NCBI GenBank assembly: GCA_963662625.1
Contig: OY759726.1
Location: 1,312,001 to 1,376,000 of the forward strand
Length of the DNA stretch: 64,000 nucleotides
Direction: 5' to 3'
From: Nitrosopumilus sp.
Lineage (GTDB): Archaea > Thermoproteota > Nitrososphaeria > Nitrososphaerales > Nitrosopumilaceae
Each line of letters starts with the position of its first letter. The stretch's first letter is position 1. Shown one piece after another: positions 1-10,075 of this stretch. A program made the position numbers and the translations under genes. Under the pieces are notes generated by a model, which worked only from the letters and a program-made list of their open reading frames with translations, had not been told where the DNA came from and did no database searches.

Positions 1-329
1 CGCGCGCGATCCCTGAGCCGGGGCCGCACGGGACGGGTTGCCCCTCGACCCGGGCGGCGCGCCGTCCCCCGCCGCGCATGCGGCCGCAGAGTGTCGGAGC
101 GGTTCCACGGGGCATGGCCGAAACGCCACCTTGCCAGACCGGAAGCGCGTCCCGGGTTGCCATGGGAAGCGCCCCGCGATCCTGCGGCGGCTTCCGACGC
201 GCCCGCGACGATCCGTTCCCCTGACACGTCCCGGCCTGATCGGGTCACGGTGGCTCTGGCCGCACGCCGGCAGCCGCGGGCGGGCCGGGTTTTTCCCGGA
301 AAAATTCCCGCGGCGGCCCGTTTTCCCAT

Positions 330-337
330 TTTAAATA
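330..337 (+). promoter_or_regulatory. Putative archaeal TATA box of first PEFG-CTERM gene
   Basis: TTTAAATA in an AT-rich patch 33 nt before ATG 371, in otherwise very GC-rich DNA. Confidence 0.5.
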
Positions 338-370
338 TACATAAATAGAGTTGGCACGGACTTTAGTGAG

Positions 371-1258
371 ATGAGCAACAGCAAATCATTCGCGTTACTG
401 GCAGTCTTGACGCTGGCCGGCGCCATGACAATGTCATCGGCCTACGCCTTGGAACAGGCGTACCCCGGCATGGACGGCGACGTCAGGGAGACCGCAAAGC
501 AGATGGTGCTAGACGACATCCCGATCTCCGTCTGGACCGACCAGACGTCCTACGATCACGACAGCATGATCCAGGTTAGCGGGATAGTGGCAAACAAGAT
601 CACCGGGATCCCGGTGACGCTTACCGTGACAAACCCAATGAACTCCGTCGTGACGATCGACCAGATCGACGTCAACGCTGACGGCAGCTTCGGGACCGCG
701 ATCAGCACGGCAAGCGAGCTGTGGAAGTACAATGGGACCTACGCCATCAAGGTCAACTACGGCAGCGCCGAGAAGAACAACAAGGTGCTCGTGGAGCTGA
801 CGGGAGGGGTGAACTACATGCCGCCAGACGCCATGCCTGGCCCGGACGGCTGCAATTCCGGGGAGGTGGCCGCGGCGGTAGACGCGGATACCTACTGCAT
901 ACCGTTTAGCATCACCGGCGGCTCGGTTACAGGGGCAGCCATCAACATGAAGGACAACTCCATCGTCTTCCAAATCAGCGCAGACGATGACGGCGTGCTG
1001 AAACTGAACCCGTCCACGGACGTGATAGACGGCGTCTTCATGACGCTAGTCGACGGCGAGGAATGGGACGACGCCTATTACTACGACGACGGCACGATCA
1101 AGGTGAAGTTCCTGGCGGGGGCCGAAAACGTGGAGATAATAGGCACCTACGTAATCCCGGAGTTTGGCACGATCGCGGCAATGGTGCTTGCGGTGGCAAT
1201 CATATCGATAATCGCGGTCACCGCGAGGTCGAGGCTGAGCGTCATGCCCAGGTACTAG
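371..1258 (+). CDS. PEFG-CTERM sorting-domain surface protein
   Basis: Signal peptide; C-terminal VIPEFG + TM helix + basic tail, the thaumarchaeal archaeosortase signal. Confidence 0.9.
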   Translation: MSNSKSFALLAVLTLAGAMTMSSAYALEQAYPGMDGDVRETAKQMVLDDIPISVWTDQTSYDHDSMIQVSGIVANKITGIPVTLTVTNPMNSVVTIDQIDVNADGSFGTAISTASELWKYNGTYAIKVNYGSAEKNNKVLVELTGGVNYMPPDAMPGPDGCNSGEVAAAVDADTYCIPFSITGGSVTGAAINMKDNSIVFQISADDDGVLKLNPSTDVIDGVFMTLVDGEEWDDAYYYDDGTIKVKFLAGAENVEIIGTYVIPEFGTIAAMVLAVAIISIIAVTARSRLSVMPRY

Positions 1259-1329
1259 GCCCGCGCCACCCCGACCTTTTTTCATTTTTGATAGTAAAGG
1301 AAATATACAAACCCGCAGACGTTTAGGTT

Positions 1330-2133
1330 GTGGCCCCCTGGATCCTCTGCGGAATGCTAGTTCTGCTCCTGGCGGCGCCCGCCGCTGCCCTTGCCCAGAC
1401 GGACCAGCTGATCACGGTCCAGACCGACGACAACTCGTACGACGAGGGGGACACGATAGTGGTTTCGGGGCAGGTGTCCACCGTGATCGCCGGCACGCCG
1501 GTAACGTTGCAGCTTTTCAACGCCGGAAAGCTGGTGCAGGTCGCGCAGATGCAGGTGGCCCAGGACGGCAGCTACTCGCAGACGATCATCGCGGAAGGGA
1601 AGTACTGGGCCTCGGAGGGCGTGTACCTGGTAAGGGTGTCGTACGGCGGCGTGGAGCTCGAGACCCAGTTCAACTATTACCCGATGACGCAGGACGCCGC
1701 GCGGACGAACATCTTTGAGGTGGACGCCGGGAGTTCCGGCACCTTTGACGTAAAGTACACCATAAACGGCGGGACGGTAAGAGACATGTGGATCGACCAG
1801 AACGGGCTGTCGCTGATGGTGGCCATCGACTCGACCGACGAGGGGAGGATCTCGCTGGACCTGCCCAGGAGCGCGATTGACGCGAAGAACCAGGACCTGG
1901 GGGACATCGACTTCATAATCCTGATTGACGACGTCGAGGTGGACTACGAGGAACTGGGGACGGATCCGGGCATGCGGGTAATCACGGTTAATTTCGAGGA
2001 GGGGGACGAGGCCGTCAGGATCATCGGCACGTTCGTGATCCCGGAGTTTGGCGCCGTGGCGGCTGCGGTGCTGGCCGCGACGATCGCCTCTGCGGTGCTC
2101 CTGGCAAGGGCCCGGCCGCAGGTCAGGATCTAG
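1330..2133 (+). CDS. PEFG-CTERM sorting-domain surface protein (tandem paralog)
   Basis: Signal peptide; TDDNSYDEGD N-domain resembles the upstream paralog; C-terminal IIGTFVIPEFG + TM. Confidence 0.9.
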   Translation: MAPWILCGMLVLLLAAPAAALAQTDQLITVQTDDNSYDEGDTIVVSGQVSTVIAGTPVTLQLFNAGKLVQVAQMQVAQDGSYSQTIIAEGKYWASEGVYLVRVSYGGVELETQFNYYPMTQDAARTNIFEVDAGSSGTFDVKYTINGGTVRDMWIDQNGLSLMVAIDSTDEGRISLDLPRSAIDAKNQDLGDIDFIILIDDVEVDYEELGTDPGMRVITVNFEEGDEAVRIIGTFVIPEFGAVAAAVLAATIASAVLLARARPQVRI

Positions 2134-3295
2134 CTTCCCGCCCGAAGTATTTCTCCCTGAAGGGGGACACGGAACGCAGCTCGTCTACCACCTTTTTCAG
2201 CACCCTGACTGTCTCGCCGACCTCCTCCTCGGTGTTGAAGGATCCAAACGTCAGCCTCAGCGACCCGGTTATCTGCTCGTGGGAGAACCCCATGGCCTGC
2301 AGCACGTGGGATGCCTTCTGGGTGTGGACCGAGCACGCCGAGCCGGTGGAGGCATAGATGCCGTGCTCGTCCAGTTTTATGATCAGGTCCTCCCCGTTGA
2401 CCCCCAGGAACGTCAGGTGGGCGTTGTTTGGCAGCCTGTCCTTGGGGTGCCCGTTGAGGGCGACCCCCGGGATGCCCCGCGTCGCCTCCCCCACCAGGCG
2501 GTCCCGCAGGCCCGCGGCGTGGCCGGCGTTCCGCCCCATGCCCTCCATGGCGATCTCGCACGCCTTGCCGAACCCTACGACGCCTGCCACGTTTTCCGTG
2601 CCCGAGCGCAGGCCGTTTTCCTGCCCCCCGCCGAAAATCACGGGGCCCACGCGGGTGCCGCCCCGCACGTACAGCGCGCCCACCCCCTTCGGCCCGTTGA
2701 TCTTGTGGGATGACATCGAAAGCAGATGGACGCCGAGCTTCTTGACGTCGATGGGCACCTTTCCGACGGCCTGGACGGCGTCGCTGTGGAACGGGACGCC
2801 CCTGTCCCGGCAGATCGCGGCGATCTCGGAGACGGGCTCGATCGTGCCGACCTCGTTGTTGGCGAACATCACCGATACGAGGCCCGTCTCCTCGGAGATG
2901 GACTCCTCCAGGCTCCGGACGTCGACGGTGCCGAACCCGTCGACCGGAAGGTAGACGACGTCAAAGCCGGCCCCTTCCAGCCGCCTGCACGGCTCCAGGA
3001 CGGCGTCATGCTCGATGGACGACGTGATTATCCGGGAGGCAGGATTCCCGGCAGCGATCCCGAAGATGGCCGTGTTGTTCGACTCCGTGCCCCCCGACGT
3101 CAGCAGTATCTCGGAGGGCTCCGCGTTCACCAGCGCGGCGATCTGCCTCCTTGCCTTCTCCACTGCCCTCCTGGCGGAGCGGCCGTGGCGGTGGATCGAC
3201 GACGGGTTCCCGTACTGCTCCCCCATGTACGGGGCCATCGACTCGAGGACGGCGTCGTGGATCCTGGTGGACGCCGCGTTGTCCAGGTAGATCAA
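2123..3295 (-). CDS. iscS: Cysteine desulfurase (IscS/NifS family)
   Basis: IYLDNAAST, GNPSSIH, SSHKINGPKG (PLP Lys), STGSAC (catalytic Cys); TTG start at 3295 overlaps larE stop (TTGA). Confidence 0.92.
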   Translation of the reverse strand: MIYLDNAASTRIHDAVLESMAPYMGEQYGNPSSIHRHGRSARRAVEKARRQIAALVNAEPSEILLTSGGTESNNTAIFGIAAGNPASRIITSSIEHDAVLEPCRRLEGAGFDVVYLPVDGFGTVDVRSLEESISEETGLVSVMFANNEVGTIEPVSEIAAICRDRGVPFHSDAVQAVGKVPIDVKKLGVHLLSMSSHKINGPKGVGALYVRGGTRVGPVIFGGGQENGLRSGTENVAGVVGFGKACEIAMEGMGRNAGHAAGLRDRLVGEATRGIPGVALNGHPKDRLPNNAHLTFLGVNGEDLIIKLDEHGIYASTGSACSVHTQKASHVLQAMGFSHEQITGSLRLTFGSFNTEEEVGETVRVLKKVVDELRSVSPFREKYFGREARS

Positions 3296-4092
3296 CGCGG
3301 CGTCACGTTGGCCCTGCCCGGGGAGTACCCGCGCGGATCGACGCTGACCGACGAGAATCCCATGAGCTTGAGCCTCGCAGTGATGCCGGCCATCACCCGG
3401 GCGTCGCCGAGCCTGTCCAGGTGCCGGCTCTCCACCTCTATGCTGGCCGCGCCGCCGACGTCCCTCACCCGCACCTGCCTCAGCCTCGTGGCCTGCTTCA
3501 CCACGGTCTCCCCGAGCTCGATCCGCGCTAGCCTTTCCGAGGTGACCCTCTGCCCCCACGGGATCCTGGACGCCAGGCACGAGTTGGACGGCCTGTCGTA
3601 GACCGACAGCCCGGCAAGCCTGGCCGCCTCCCTCACGTCCTTCTTCGCGAAACCCGCCTCCACGAGCGGGCTCCTTATGCCGTTCTGGCGCATGGCCTCT
3701 ATCCCCGGCCTGTAGTCCCCAAGGTCGTCCAGGTTAGTGCCGTCCACCACCACGTCCGCGCCGCGGCCGCGGGCCAGGCCGCGGAGGCGCTCCCCGAGCT
3801 CCGTCCTGCAGTGGAAGCACCGCCCCGGGTCGTTCCTCGCGAAATCCTCGTTCCCGAGCTCGTCGTAGTCAAGCAGGACCTGCCTTATGCCTATCTCAGA
3901 GCATACCCGCCTGGCCGAGTCCAGCTCCTCCCGCGCCAGCGTCCTGTAGTCCGCGGTAACGGCGACGGCCCCGTCCCCCAGGCTCTCAAACGCAGCGTAG
4001 GCTACGAGCGCGCTGTCGACCCCGCCGGAGAGCGCTACCAGCGCGGTCTCCTTGCCCCCGAACCAGTCCGTGAGATCCCCGATCTTGGTCAT
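3292..4092 (-). CDS. larE: LarE, ATP-dependent sulfur transferase for nickel-pincer (NPN) cofactor
   Basis: PP-loop ALSGGVDS, RCFHC, DGTNLDDLGDYRPG, SCLASRIPWG. Confidence 0.9.
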   Translation of the reverse strand: MTKIGDLTDWFGGKETALVALSGGVDSALVAYAAFESLGDGAVAVTADYRTLAREELDSARRVCSEIGIRQVLLDYDELGNEDFARNDPGRCFHCRTELGERLRGLARGRGADVVVDGTNLDDLGDYRPGIEAMRQNGIRSPLVEAGFAKKDVREAARLAGLSVYDRPSNSCLASRIPWGQRVTSERLARIELGETVVKQATRLRQVRVRDVGGAASIEVESRHLDRLGDARVMAGITARLKLMGFSSVSVDPRGYSPGRANVTPR

Positions 4093-5315
4093 TTTCCCCC
4101 CTCCTTCTCGATCCCTCTCCTAATCAAGGATTCGGTATCCCTGAGCGGCATGCCGATGCGCCTCGACACGTCCTGCAGGTCGTCAAACTCTATCTTCAGG
4201 TAGGTCCTGCCCTTGAACCGAGAGGCCTTGTAACGGACGTCAAACGTCCTGCCGCCCAGTTCCACCGAGGCGCTGTGGACGGTGCGGGGAAGCACCAGCC
4301 GATCCGATCCGCCTACCCGTATCCCCAGCGTGCCCGTCTCGCCGATCACGGCGTCGATGATCCCCTCCATGGAGCCGTCGTCGCACATGATGGAGATCAG
4401 GTTCGTGGGCCTGTTCTTCTTGGTGATGCCCGGGTAGATGGACACGTCCCTTGCCCCCCTCTCCATGATCCTCTCGACCAGGTTCCCCAGGACCTCGCCG
4501 GACACGTCGTCGACGTTCGTCTCCAGGATCCTCACCGATTCCGCCCCGAGGGCGTTCCTCTGGCGGCCGCGCACCAACTTCAACACGTTGGAAAACGACC
4601 CAAAGTCCCTCTTCCCGGAGCCGTACCCGGTAGCCGTCACCTCCATTTGCGGGTAGTAGTCCATGGGGGAGGTGGCCAGGTTCCTCAGGATGCACGCGCC
4701 CGTGGGGGTGGTCAGCTCGCCCTCCACGGGGCTGCCGCGGATCGCCAGCCCGGAGTTCTTGAGGATCTCCAGCACCGCGCTCGCGGGGTTGGACGTGGTG
4801 CCGTGCGAGAACGTGACGGATCCGCCCCCGACGGCGATCGGCATGCATGCCACCTCCTCCCCGAACAGGGAGAGGTCCTCCAGGGATATGGCGACGCCCA
4901 CGATGTCCACCACCGTGTCGATGCTCGCCGCCTCGTGGAAGTGGACGGACTCGGCCGGGATCCCGTGCACCCTTGACTCCGCGTCGATCAGGGAACCCAC
5001 GCATGACTCGGCGAACCGCTTCGCCCCGCCCGACAGGCCCAGCCCGTCGACCGACGAGGAGACTGCGCGCCTGATGTCGGAGCCCTTCCGCCTGTGGCGC
5101 TCCTCGCCGACCTCCAGCACCAGCCCCGTGGAACTTATCCCGTTCTTGTCGTTCTTTTCAAACCCGACCTCCAGGATTTCGGATCCGGGCAGGAACTTGG
5201 GGGATGAGCCCACACCGTCAATGACCCTGGACTTGTCGGCGCCGAGATCCACCAGCGCGCACAGCAGCATGTCGCCGGACACCCCGGCTATCTGGGGATC
5301 GACAACTAGAACCAT
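4089..5315 (-). CDS. larC: LarC, nickel insertase for NPN cofactor
   Basis: AGVSGDM, ESRVHG..VHFHE, GELTTPTGA, LETNVDDVSGE, KKNRP, ETGTLGIR; ATG at 5315. Confidence 0.9.
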   Translation of the reverse strand: MVLVVDPQIAGVSGDMLLCALVDLGADKSRVIDGVGSSPKFLPGSEILEVGFEKNDKNGISSTGLVLEVGEERHRRKGSDIRRAVSSSVDGLGLSGGAKRFAESCVGSLIDAESRVHGIPAESVHFHEAASIDTVVDIVGVAISLEDLSLFGEEVACMPIAVGGGSVTFSHGTTSNPASAVLEILKNSGLAIRGSPVEGELTTPTGACILRNLATSPMDYYPQMEVTATGYGSGKRDFGSFSNVLKLVRGRQRNALGAESVRILETNVDDVSGEVLGNLVERIMERGARDVSIYPGITKKNRPTNLISIMCDDGSMEGIIDAVIGETGTLGIRVGGSDRLVLPRTVHSASVELGGRTFDVRYKASRFKGRTYLKIEFDDLQDVSRRIGMPLRDTESLIRRGIEKEGGK

Positions 5316-5477
5316 GGGGTAAAAAACACTGAAATGAATATAAATTATGAGCGGGGGCGCGGCCCCGCCTTCCGAGGAAACCCGCGCGGCCCGCGGCGGC
5401 CCTGGCTGCGCGGCGCCGGCCCGCGCCGCCATTCCAGGACAGTCATGTTATAATACCGCCTGATTCTCAAAATTGTA

Positions 5478-5705
5478 ATGAAGTATGTCAGCCCCACCAG
5501 GCTCAAGGTCCTGATCATGATGTTTTTTGCGACCGGCGTGGTAGGGATGCTGGTCGGGCTGACGATAGCCCCAAAGCCACACGTCATGCTCGTCACCTTC
5601 ATGGGGGTGATCAACGTGTCGCTCGGGGCGTTCTTCGTCTGGATATACCTGGTGCAGGAGCCGTCCCCCCGGGACAAGCGGAAGAAGAAACAGAAGGATC
5701 GCTAG
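5478..5705 (+). CDS. Small membrane protein (2 TM)
   Basis: Two hydrophobic helices, basic tail, AT-rich promoter upstream. Confidence 0.75.
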   Translation: MKYVSPTRLKVLIMMFFATGVVGMLVGLTIAPKPHVMLVTFMGVINVSLGAFFVWIYLVQEPSPRDKRKKKQKDR

Positions 5706-5764
5706 CCGGGCGGGGGCATTTTCGCCGCGGCGCGGGGCGCACGGCTCCTGTTAAATACCCTGCG

Positions 5765-6238
5765 TTGGGAGGTAACAGTGTGAAGGAAGGCGACGCGGCC
5801 GAAAACTTCGAGCTCCCTGCCCATGACGGCACCACGGTGTCCCTGGAGTCGTTCAGGGGCAGCAAGAACGTGGTGCTGTGCTTCTACCCGAAGAACCGCC
5901 TGTTTGGCTGCCCGTCGAAAAAAGTCTACAGGATGGCCGAGAGCGTGGTGGCCGCCTACCCAGACATAGAGTCGACCGGTTCCGTGCTCTTCGCGATATC
6001 CTGCGACACCGTGGAAAGCCAGAAAAAATTCGTCAGCGAGTACCGCGTGCCGTACGCCCACCTGAGCGACACCTCCAAGGGCACCTGCAAAAAGTACGCC
6101 GGACTGAACCTCGTCGGGCTCCCAAAGCGCGCCACGTTCGTCATAGACAAGCGCGGGATCGTGAGGAGGGTGTTTGAGGACGTCGCGGTGGAGCGCCACG
6201 GGGAGGATCTGGCGTCCTTTCTGAGGGGCATGGGCTAG
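5765..6238 (+). CDS. Peroxiredoxin BCP/AhpC-TSA-like protein (atypical active site)
   Basis: GDAAENFEL, VVLCFYPK..GC, AISCD, RATFVIDKRGIVR. Confidence 0.8.
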   Translation: MGGNSVKEGDAAENFELPAHDGTTVSLESFRGSKNVVLCFYPKNRLFGCPSKKVYRMAESVVAAYPDIESTGSVLFAISCDTVESQKKFVSEYRVPYAHLSDTSKGTCKKYAGLNLVGLPKRATFVIDKRGIVRRVFEDVAVERHGEDLASFLRGMG

Positions 6239-6345
6239 CCGGACTAGCCTTCCCGCGCCGGCGCCCGGCCCGCCCCGGGGATGCCGGGGAGACCCGGCGG
6301 CCGGGATCCCAGCCTCAAAAACATAAATAATCAGCCCGTCCCATC

Positions 6346-6906
6346 ATGCTCGCATTGCTCGACTTGGTTGCAAAGAAGCTGTTCCTCACCAAGGGCCGGG
6401 GAGTCCACGAAGACCGGCTCACCAGCTTCGAGTACGCCCTCAGGGACGCGGGGATAGCCGGGACCAACATCGTCCTGATATCCAGCATCTTTCCGCCCAA
6501 CGCCAAGCTCATCTCGAGGACCGAGGGGCTGAAGCAGATCAGGCCGGGCCAGATCCTCTTTACAATATATTCGAAGAACCAGACAAACGAGCCCTACCGG
6601 CTGTGCTCCGCGTCGGTCGGGATCGCGAGGCCGAAAAACCCGGACCGCTACGGGTACCTGTCCGAGTACGAGTCGTACGGGAAGAACGAGAGGCAGTCCG
6701 GCGACTATGCCGAGGACATCGCGGCCCAGATGCTGGCCTCCTCCCTCGGGATCCAGTTCGACGCCGACAAGAGCTGGGACGAAAAGCGCCAGCAATGGAA
6801 CATCTCGGGGCAGCTGTACAAGACCCAGCACATAACCCAGTCCGCCAAGGGCGACAAGGACGGCAAGTGGACCACCGTCTTTGCGGCCGCCGTGCTACTG
6901 GTGTGA
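6346..6906 (+). CDS. pdaD: Pyruvoyl-dependent arginine decarboxylase
   Basis: TSFEYALRDAGI, NIVLISSIFPP (Ser-Ser autocleavage site), YGYLSE, WTTVFAAAV. Confidence 0.9.
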   Translation: MLALLDLVAKKLFLTKGRGVHEDRLTSFEYALRDAGIAGTNIVLISSIFPPNAKLISRTEGLKQIRPGQILFTIYSKNQTNEPYRLCSASVGIARPKNPDRYGYLSEYESYGKNERQSGDYAEDIAAQMLASSLGIQFDADKSWDEKRQQWNISGQLYKTQHITQSAKGDKDGKWTTVFAAAVLLV

Positions 6907-8070
6907 CTGCCTCCTGTACCCCCTAAGGTAGAATGCCGCGGCCGCCGCCGCGACCACCGCTATTATCACCGCCACCACGGCCGACTCGTCGAGCGCCGGC
7001 GGCTCCCCGGCCGCCTGCCCCGGCACCCCCAGCGAAAACGCCAGGCTGCCAGCGTCCACCGACGCCTCCTTGCCGAAGATCCACTTGGCCTGGATCTTCT
7101 CCCCCTCCCGCGGGTCAAAGACCCACCCTGCCACCGTCACGTCCGTGGGCAGCATCTCGCCCCCCACGGCGGCCGTTTCTAGTATGCCGCCCCTGACGTC
7201 AGACGCCCTGGCCGGCTCCGGGGACAGCACCACCACCTGCAGGATCGAGTTCAGGGGGTAAAAGCCGGAGGAAAAATACCCGGATCTCTCAAGCTCCCCG
7301 GCACGGAGGTATTCCAGCGGGCTTACGTCGGTGATCCCGGCCGCGGTGCCGGCGTAGCCGACCGAAGCCTTCAACTGCAGCAGCGAGTTGTTCTCGAGCG
7401 GGATCAGCGAGAACGTCATCTTGGCGTTGTCCTGGAGCGAGAGGTTCCTTGCGGCATCGTAGAACCCGCCAGCCTCCCTGATCGCCCTCGGGACCAGGAT
7501 CGAGGAAACCTTCTCGTACATCGAGCCCGTCGACTCCATCGGCATGGTGTACACGGCGGAGACCGTGCCGCCGCCTGACACCACCCCGGAAGTGCCCAGG
7601 ATCTCGCTCGTCCTGTCGCCGCTGTGCACAAACACCGAGTGGAATTCCGCGTCCGTGTCGAACGCCCCGTTTATCGCGTCGATGTACGCCGCCGACGCCT
7701 CCCTGGCGGCGTCCTGGATCTCGGGGAAACTCGTGTCCGCCGGATCCCTCTTCATGTTGATCATGATGCACGACTCGCCGGCGACCCCAAGCACGCACCG
7801 CTCCTCGTTCGTGAGAACGACCGCGCTGATCCTTCCGTCCTCCCTTATCCTCTGCTCTAGCGCGGCGGGAACCTGCAGCTCCTGCACGCTGGTGCTCTGC
7901 AGGGTGATCGACGCCGTGACGCTGTTGGAGATGGTCTTGTCTATGATGACCTGGGCGGTCTCCTGGTACGTGGCAAGGCCGATCTCCTGGGAGCGCGCCT
8001 CGTGGGCTCCCATAAACGCCAGCCCCGCCACGATGGTAAGGAGTAAGATCCGCCGCAATGGTTGCTCCAC
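6895..8070 (-). CDS. Secreted, C-terminally membrane-anchored hypothetical protein
   Basis: Signal peptide, C-terminal TM plus basic tail, coding-like composition. Confidence 0.8.
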   Translation of the reverse strand: MEQPLRRILLLTIVAGLAFMGAHEARSQEIGLATYQETAQVIIDKTISNSVTASITLQSTSVQELQVPAALEQRIREDGRISAVVLTNEERCVLGVAGESCIMINMKRDPADTSFPEIQDAAREASAAYIDAINGAFDTDAEFHSVFVHSGDRTSEILGTSGVVSGGGTVSAVYTMPMESTGSMYEKVSSILVPRAIREAGGFYDAARNLSLQDNAKMTFSLIPLENNSLLQLKASVGYAGTAAGITDVSPLEYLRAGELERSGYFSSGFYPLNSILQVVVLSPEPARASDVRGGILETAAVGGEMLPTDVTVAGWVFDPREGEKIQAKWIFGKEASVDAGSLAFSLGVPGQAAGEPPALDESAVVAVIIAVVAAAAAAFYLRGYRRQSHQ

Positions 8071-8266
8071 TTGCGACCGAACTATTAAATTTTCTATGGG
8101 CTTTCGCGCGGCGCCGGCCCCCGGCCCCCGGCGCGGCGTGCCCCCGCGGTCCTCCGGGGGCCGGCCCGCCGCGAATCCGGGTTGGCGGCGGATCGCGGTT
8201 TCAAACGTTTAAATCAGGCGCTCCCGTACGCCTAATGACATCGAATTCAAACCGTTCGGGGAACAA

Positions 8267-8295
8267 GCTGGCAGTCCGTGCGTTGGGCTGCCAGC
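8267..8295. terminator. Stem-loop just downstream of pepF stop (possible terminator or sRNA element)
   Basis: GCTGGCAGTCC-7nt-GGGCTGCCAGC inverted repeat 7 nt past the pepF stop. Confidence 0.35.
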
Positions 8296-8302
8296 CTCCT
8301 AT

Positions 8303-10075
8303 TCATTCCAGCCTTGAGAGATCCCTTACCTGTTGACCCACGTAGTCGAACCCGTCCTGCCAGAACCCCGGCGACCTGATGTCAAAGCCGTGCTCTTCCA
8401 GGAGGTCCTCGGGCTTTTTGGATCCGCCGGCCGCGAGGATGCCCATGTACGAGGGGACAAAGTCCTTGCCCTCCCTCTTGTACCGCCGGAACAGCGACAG
8501 CGCGAGCAGGTTGCCAAAGGAATACGCATAGCAGTAAAACGGCGTGTGGTAAAAATGCGGGATGCAGCTCCACTCCACCGCAAAGTCCTCGGAGACGTCG
8601 ACTGACCTCCCGAACTGCTCCTCCAGGTTTTTCATGTAGGTGCCGGAAATCTCGTCGACCGTGGCCCCGCCCGCGATCTGCTCGTGGGCGGCCACCTCGA
8701 ACACCGTGAAGAACGACTGCCGCAGGATCGTCGCGTACAGGTCGTCGATCTTCTCGGCCAGCATGATCCTCTTCTCGCCGTCGGATATTGTGCCCGAGAT
8801 GCTGTCGTACAACAGCAGCTCGGAAAACGTCGACGCGGTCTCCGCCAGCGGCAGCGACGCCTCCTGGACCAGGATTGACCTGCCGCCGGCCGCCTGGCTG
8901 TGGACCGCGTGGCCCAGCTCGTGCGCCAGCGTGAAGACGTCCCTTGCCCTTCCAGTGAAATTCACCAGGACGTACGGCGTGATCTCAGGCCCCAGGGTGC
9001 TGCAGAACGCCCCGTCCCTCTTCCCCTTCCTGACCTCCGAATCCACGTGGTTCTCGGAGAACACCCTCCTCGCAAAGCCCTCGAGCTCGGGGCTGAACCT
9101 GCCGAGGGACTCCAGGACCATCCTCACGGCCCTGCCGTAGGGGTATCTCTTCTGCCTGGCACCGGCCGAGGCGGGCGCGTAGAGGTCGTACCTCCGCAGC
9201 CGTTCCATCCCGAGCATCCCAGCCTTCCGGATGAAGAACCTCTGGAAGACCCGCGAGTTCTTCCTGCACACCGCCAGCAGCGATTCCACGGTCCCGTCGT
9301 CCACGTCGTTCCCCGTGTTTCTCATGGATATCGGCGAGCCGTACCCCCTGATGTCGATCCCCTCGTCCCTCCAGTTCAGCACGATGTTCTGGTAGATCTC
9401 CCCGACCACCCCAGAGTTTTCGGCGTACTTTGAGAGGAGCGTCCTGTACGCGCCCTCCCTGATCCCGGGGCTCGCGCTGCGGACGTGGTTTGCCAGCTCC
9501 TCCCGCGTGAGGGTCCTGGCCCTGCCCCCGGCCCTCATCCTGTACTCGAACGCGTTCGTGATCTTGTCGTAGATCTTCACGAGCGCGGCGGCCCCGGTCA
9601 CCTCCAGCGTGTTGATTATCCTCTCCTCGGGCTCGGACAGGGAGTGCCTTGCAAGGAGCCTCTTGTGGGCCAGGTATCCCTCCAGCTCCCCTGCCCCCCT
9701 TAGCAGGCGCGCCGCGGTATTCCCGTCCGCCCCGTTCTTCCACCACAGGTCGAAAAACAGGATCCTGTTCGACACCTCCGAGCCCAGCCTGGACATCCTC
9801 GTGAACAGCGCCGTCGCCTCGTCAGACTGCGTGTCCGCCGCGTACGACAGCGACGCGTAGCCCCCCACGATGCTCATCCTCTCGTGGATCGCCTCCAGGT
9901 CGGACAGGATCCCCCGAAACCGCTCCGCCGTGATGCCGGGATCCAGCGCGGCCTTGGCCTCCTCGAACCTGCCCGTCATGTCCCTCAGGGCCCTCACCTG
10001 CCCCTCCAGGGATCTCCTCCCGGCGCCTCCCACAAGCTCGCCCAGATCCCACGGCCCGGGCTCGTACTCCGCCAT
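8303..10075 (-). CDS. pepF: M3B oligoendopeptidase F
   Basis: WDL N-terminus, GKRDGAFC, TLAHELGHAVH (HExxH), LAETAS, IPHFYHTPFYCYAY. Confidence 0.93.
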   Translation of the reverse strand: MAEYEPGPWDLGELVGGAGRRSLEGQVRALRDMTGRFEEAKAALDPGITAERFRGILSDLEAIHERMSIVGGYASLSYAADTQSDEATALFTRMSRLGSEVSNRILFFDLWWKNGADGNTAARLLRGAGELEGYLAHKRLLARHSLSEPEERIINTLEVTGAAALVKIYDKITNAFEYRMRAGGRARTLTREELANHVRSASPGIREGAYRTLLSKYAENSGVVGEIYQNIVLNWRDEGIDIRGYGSPISMRNTGNDVDDGTVESLLAVCRKNSRVFQRFFIRKAGMLGMERLRRYDLYAPASAGARQKRYPYGRAVRMVLESLGRFSPELEGFARRVFSENHVDSEVRKGKRDGAFCSTLGPEITPYVLVNFTGRARDVFTLAHELGHAVHSQAAGGRSILVQEASLPLAETASTFSELLLYDSISGTISDGEKRIMLAEKIDDLYATILRQSFFTVFEVAAHEQIAGGATVDEISGTYMKNLEEQFGRSVDVSEDFAVEWSCIPHFYHTPFYCYAYSFGNLLALSLFRRYKREGKDFVPSYMGILAAGGSKKPEDLLEEHGFDIRSPGFWQDGFDYVGQQVRDLSRLE

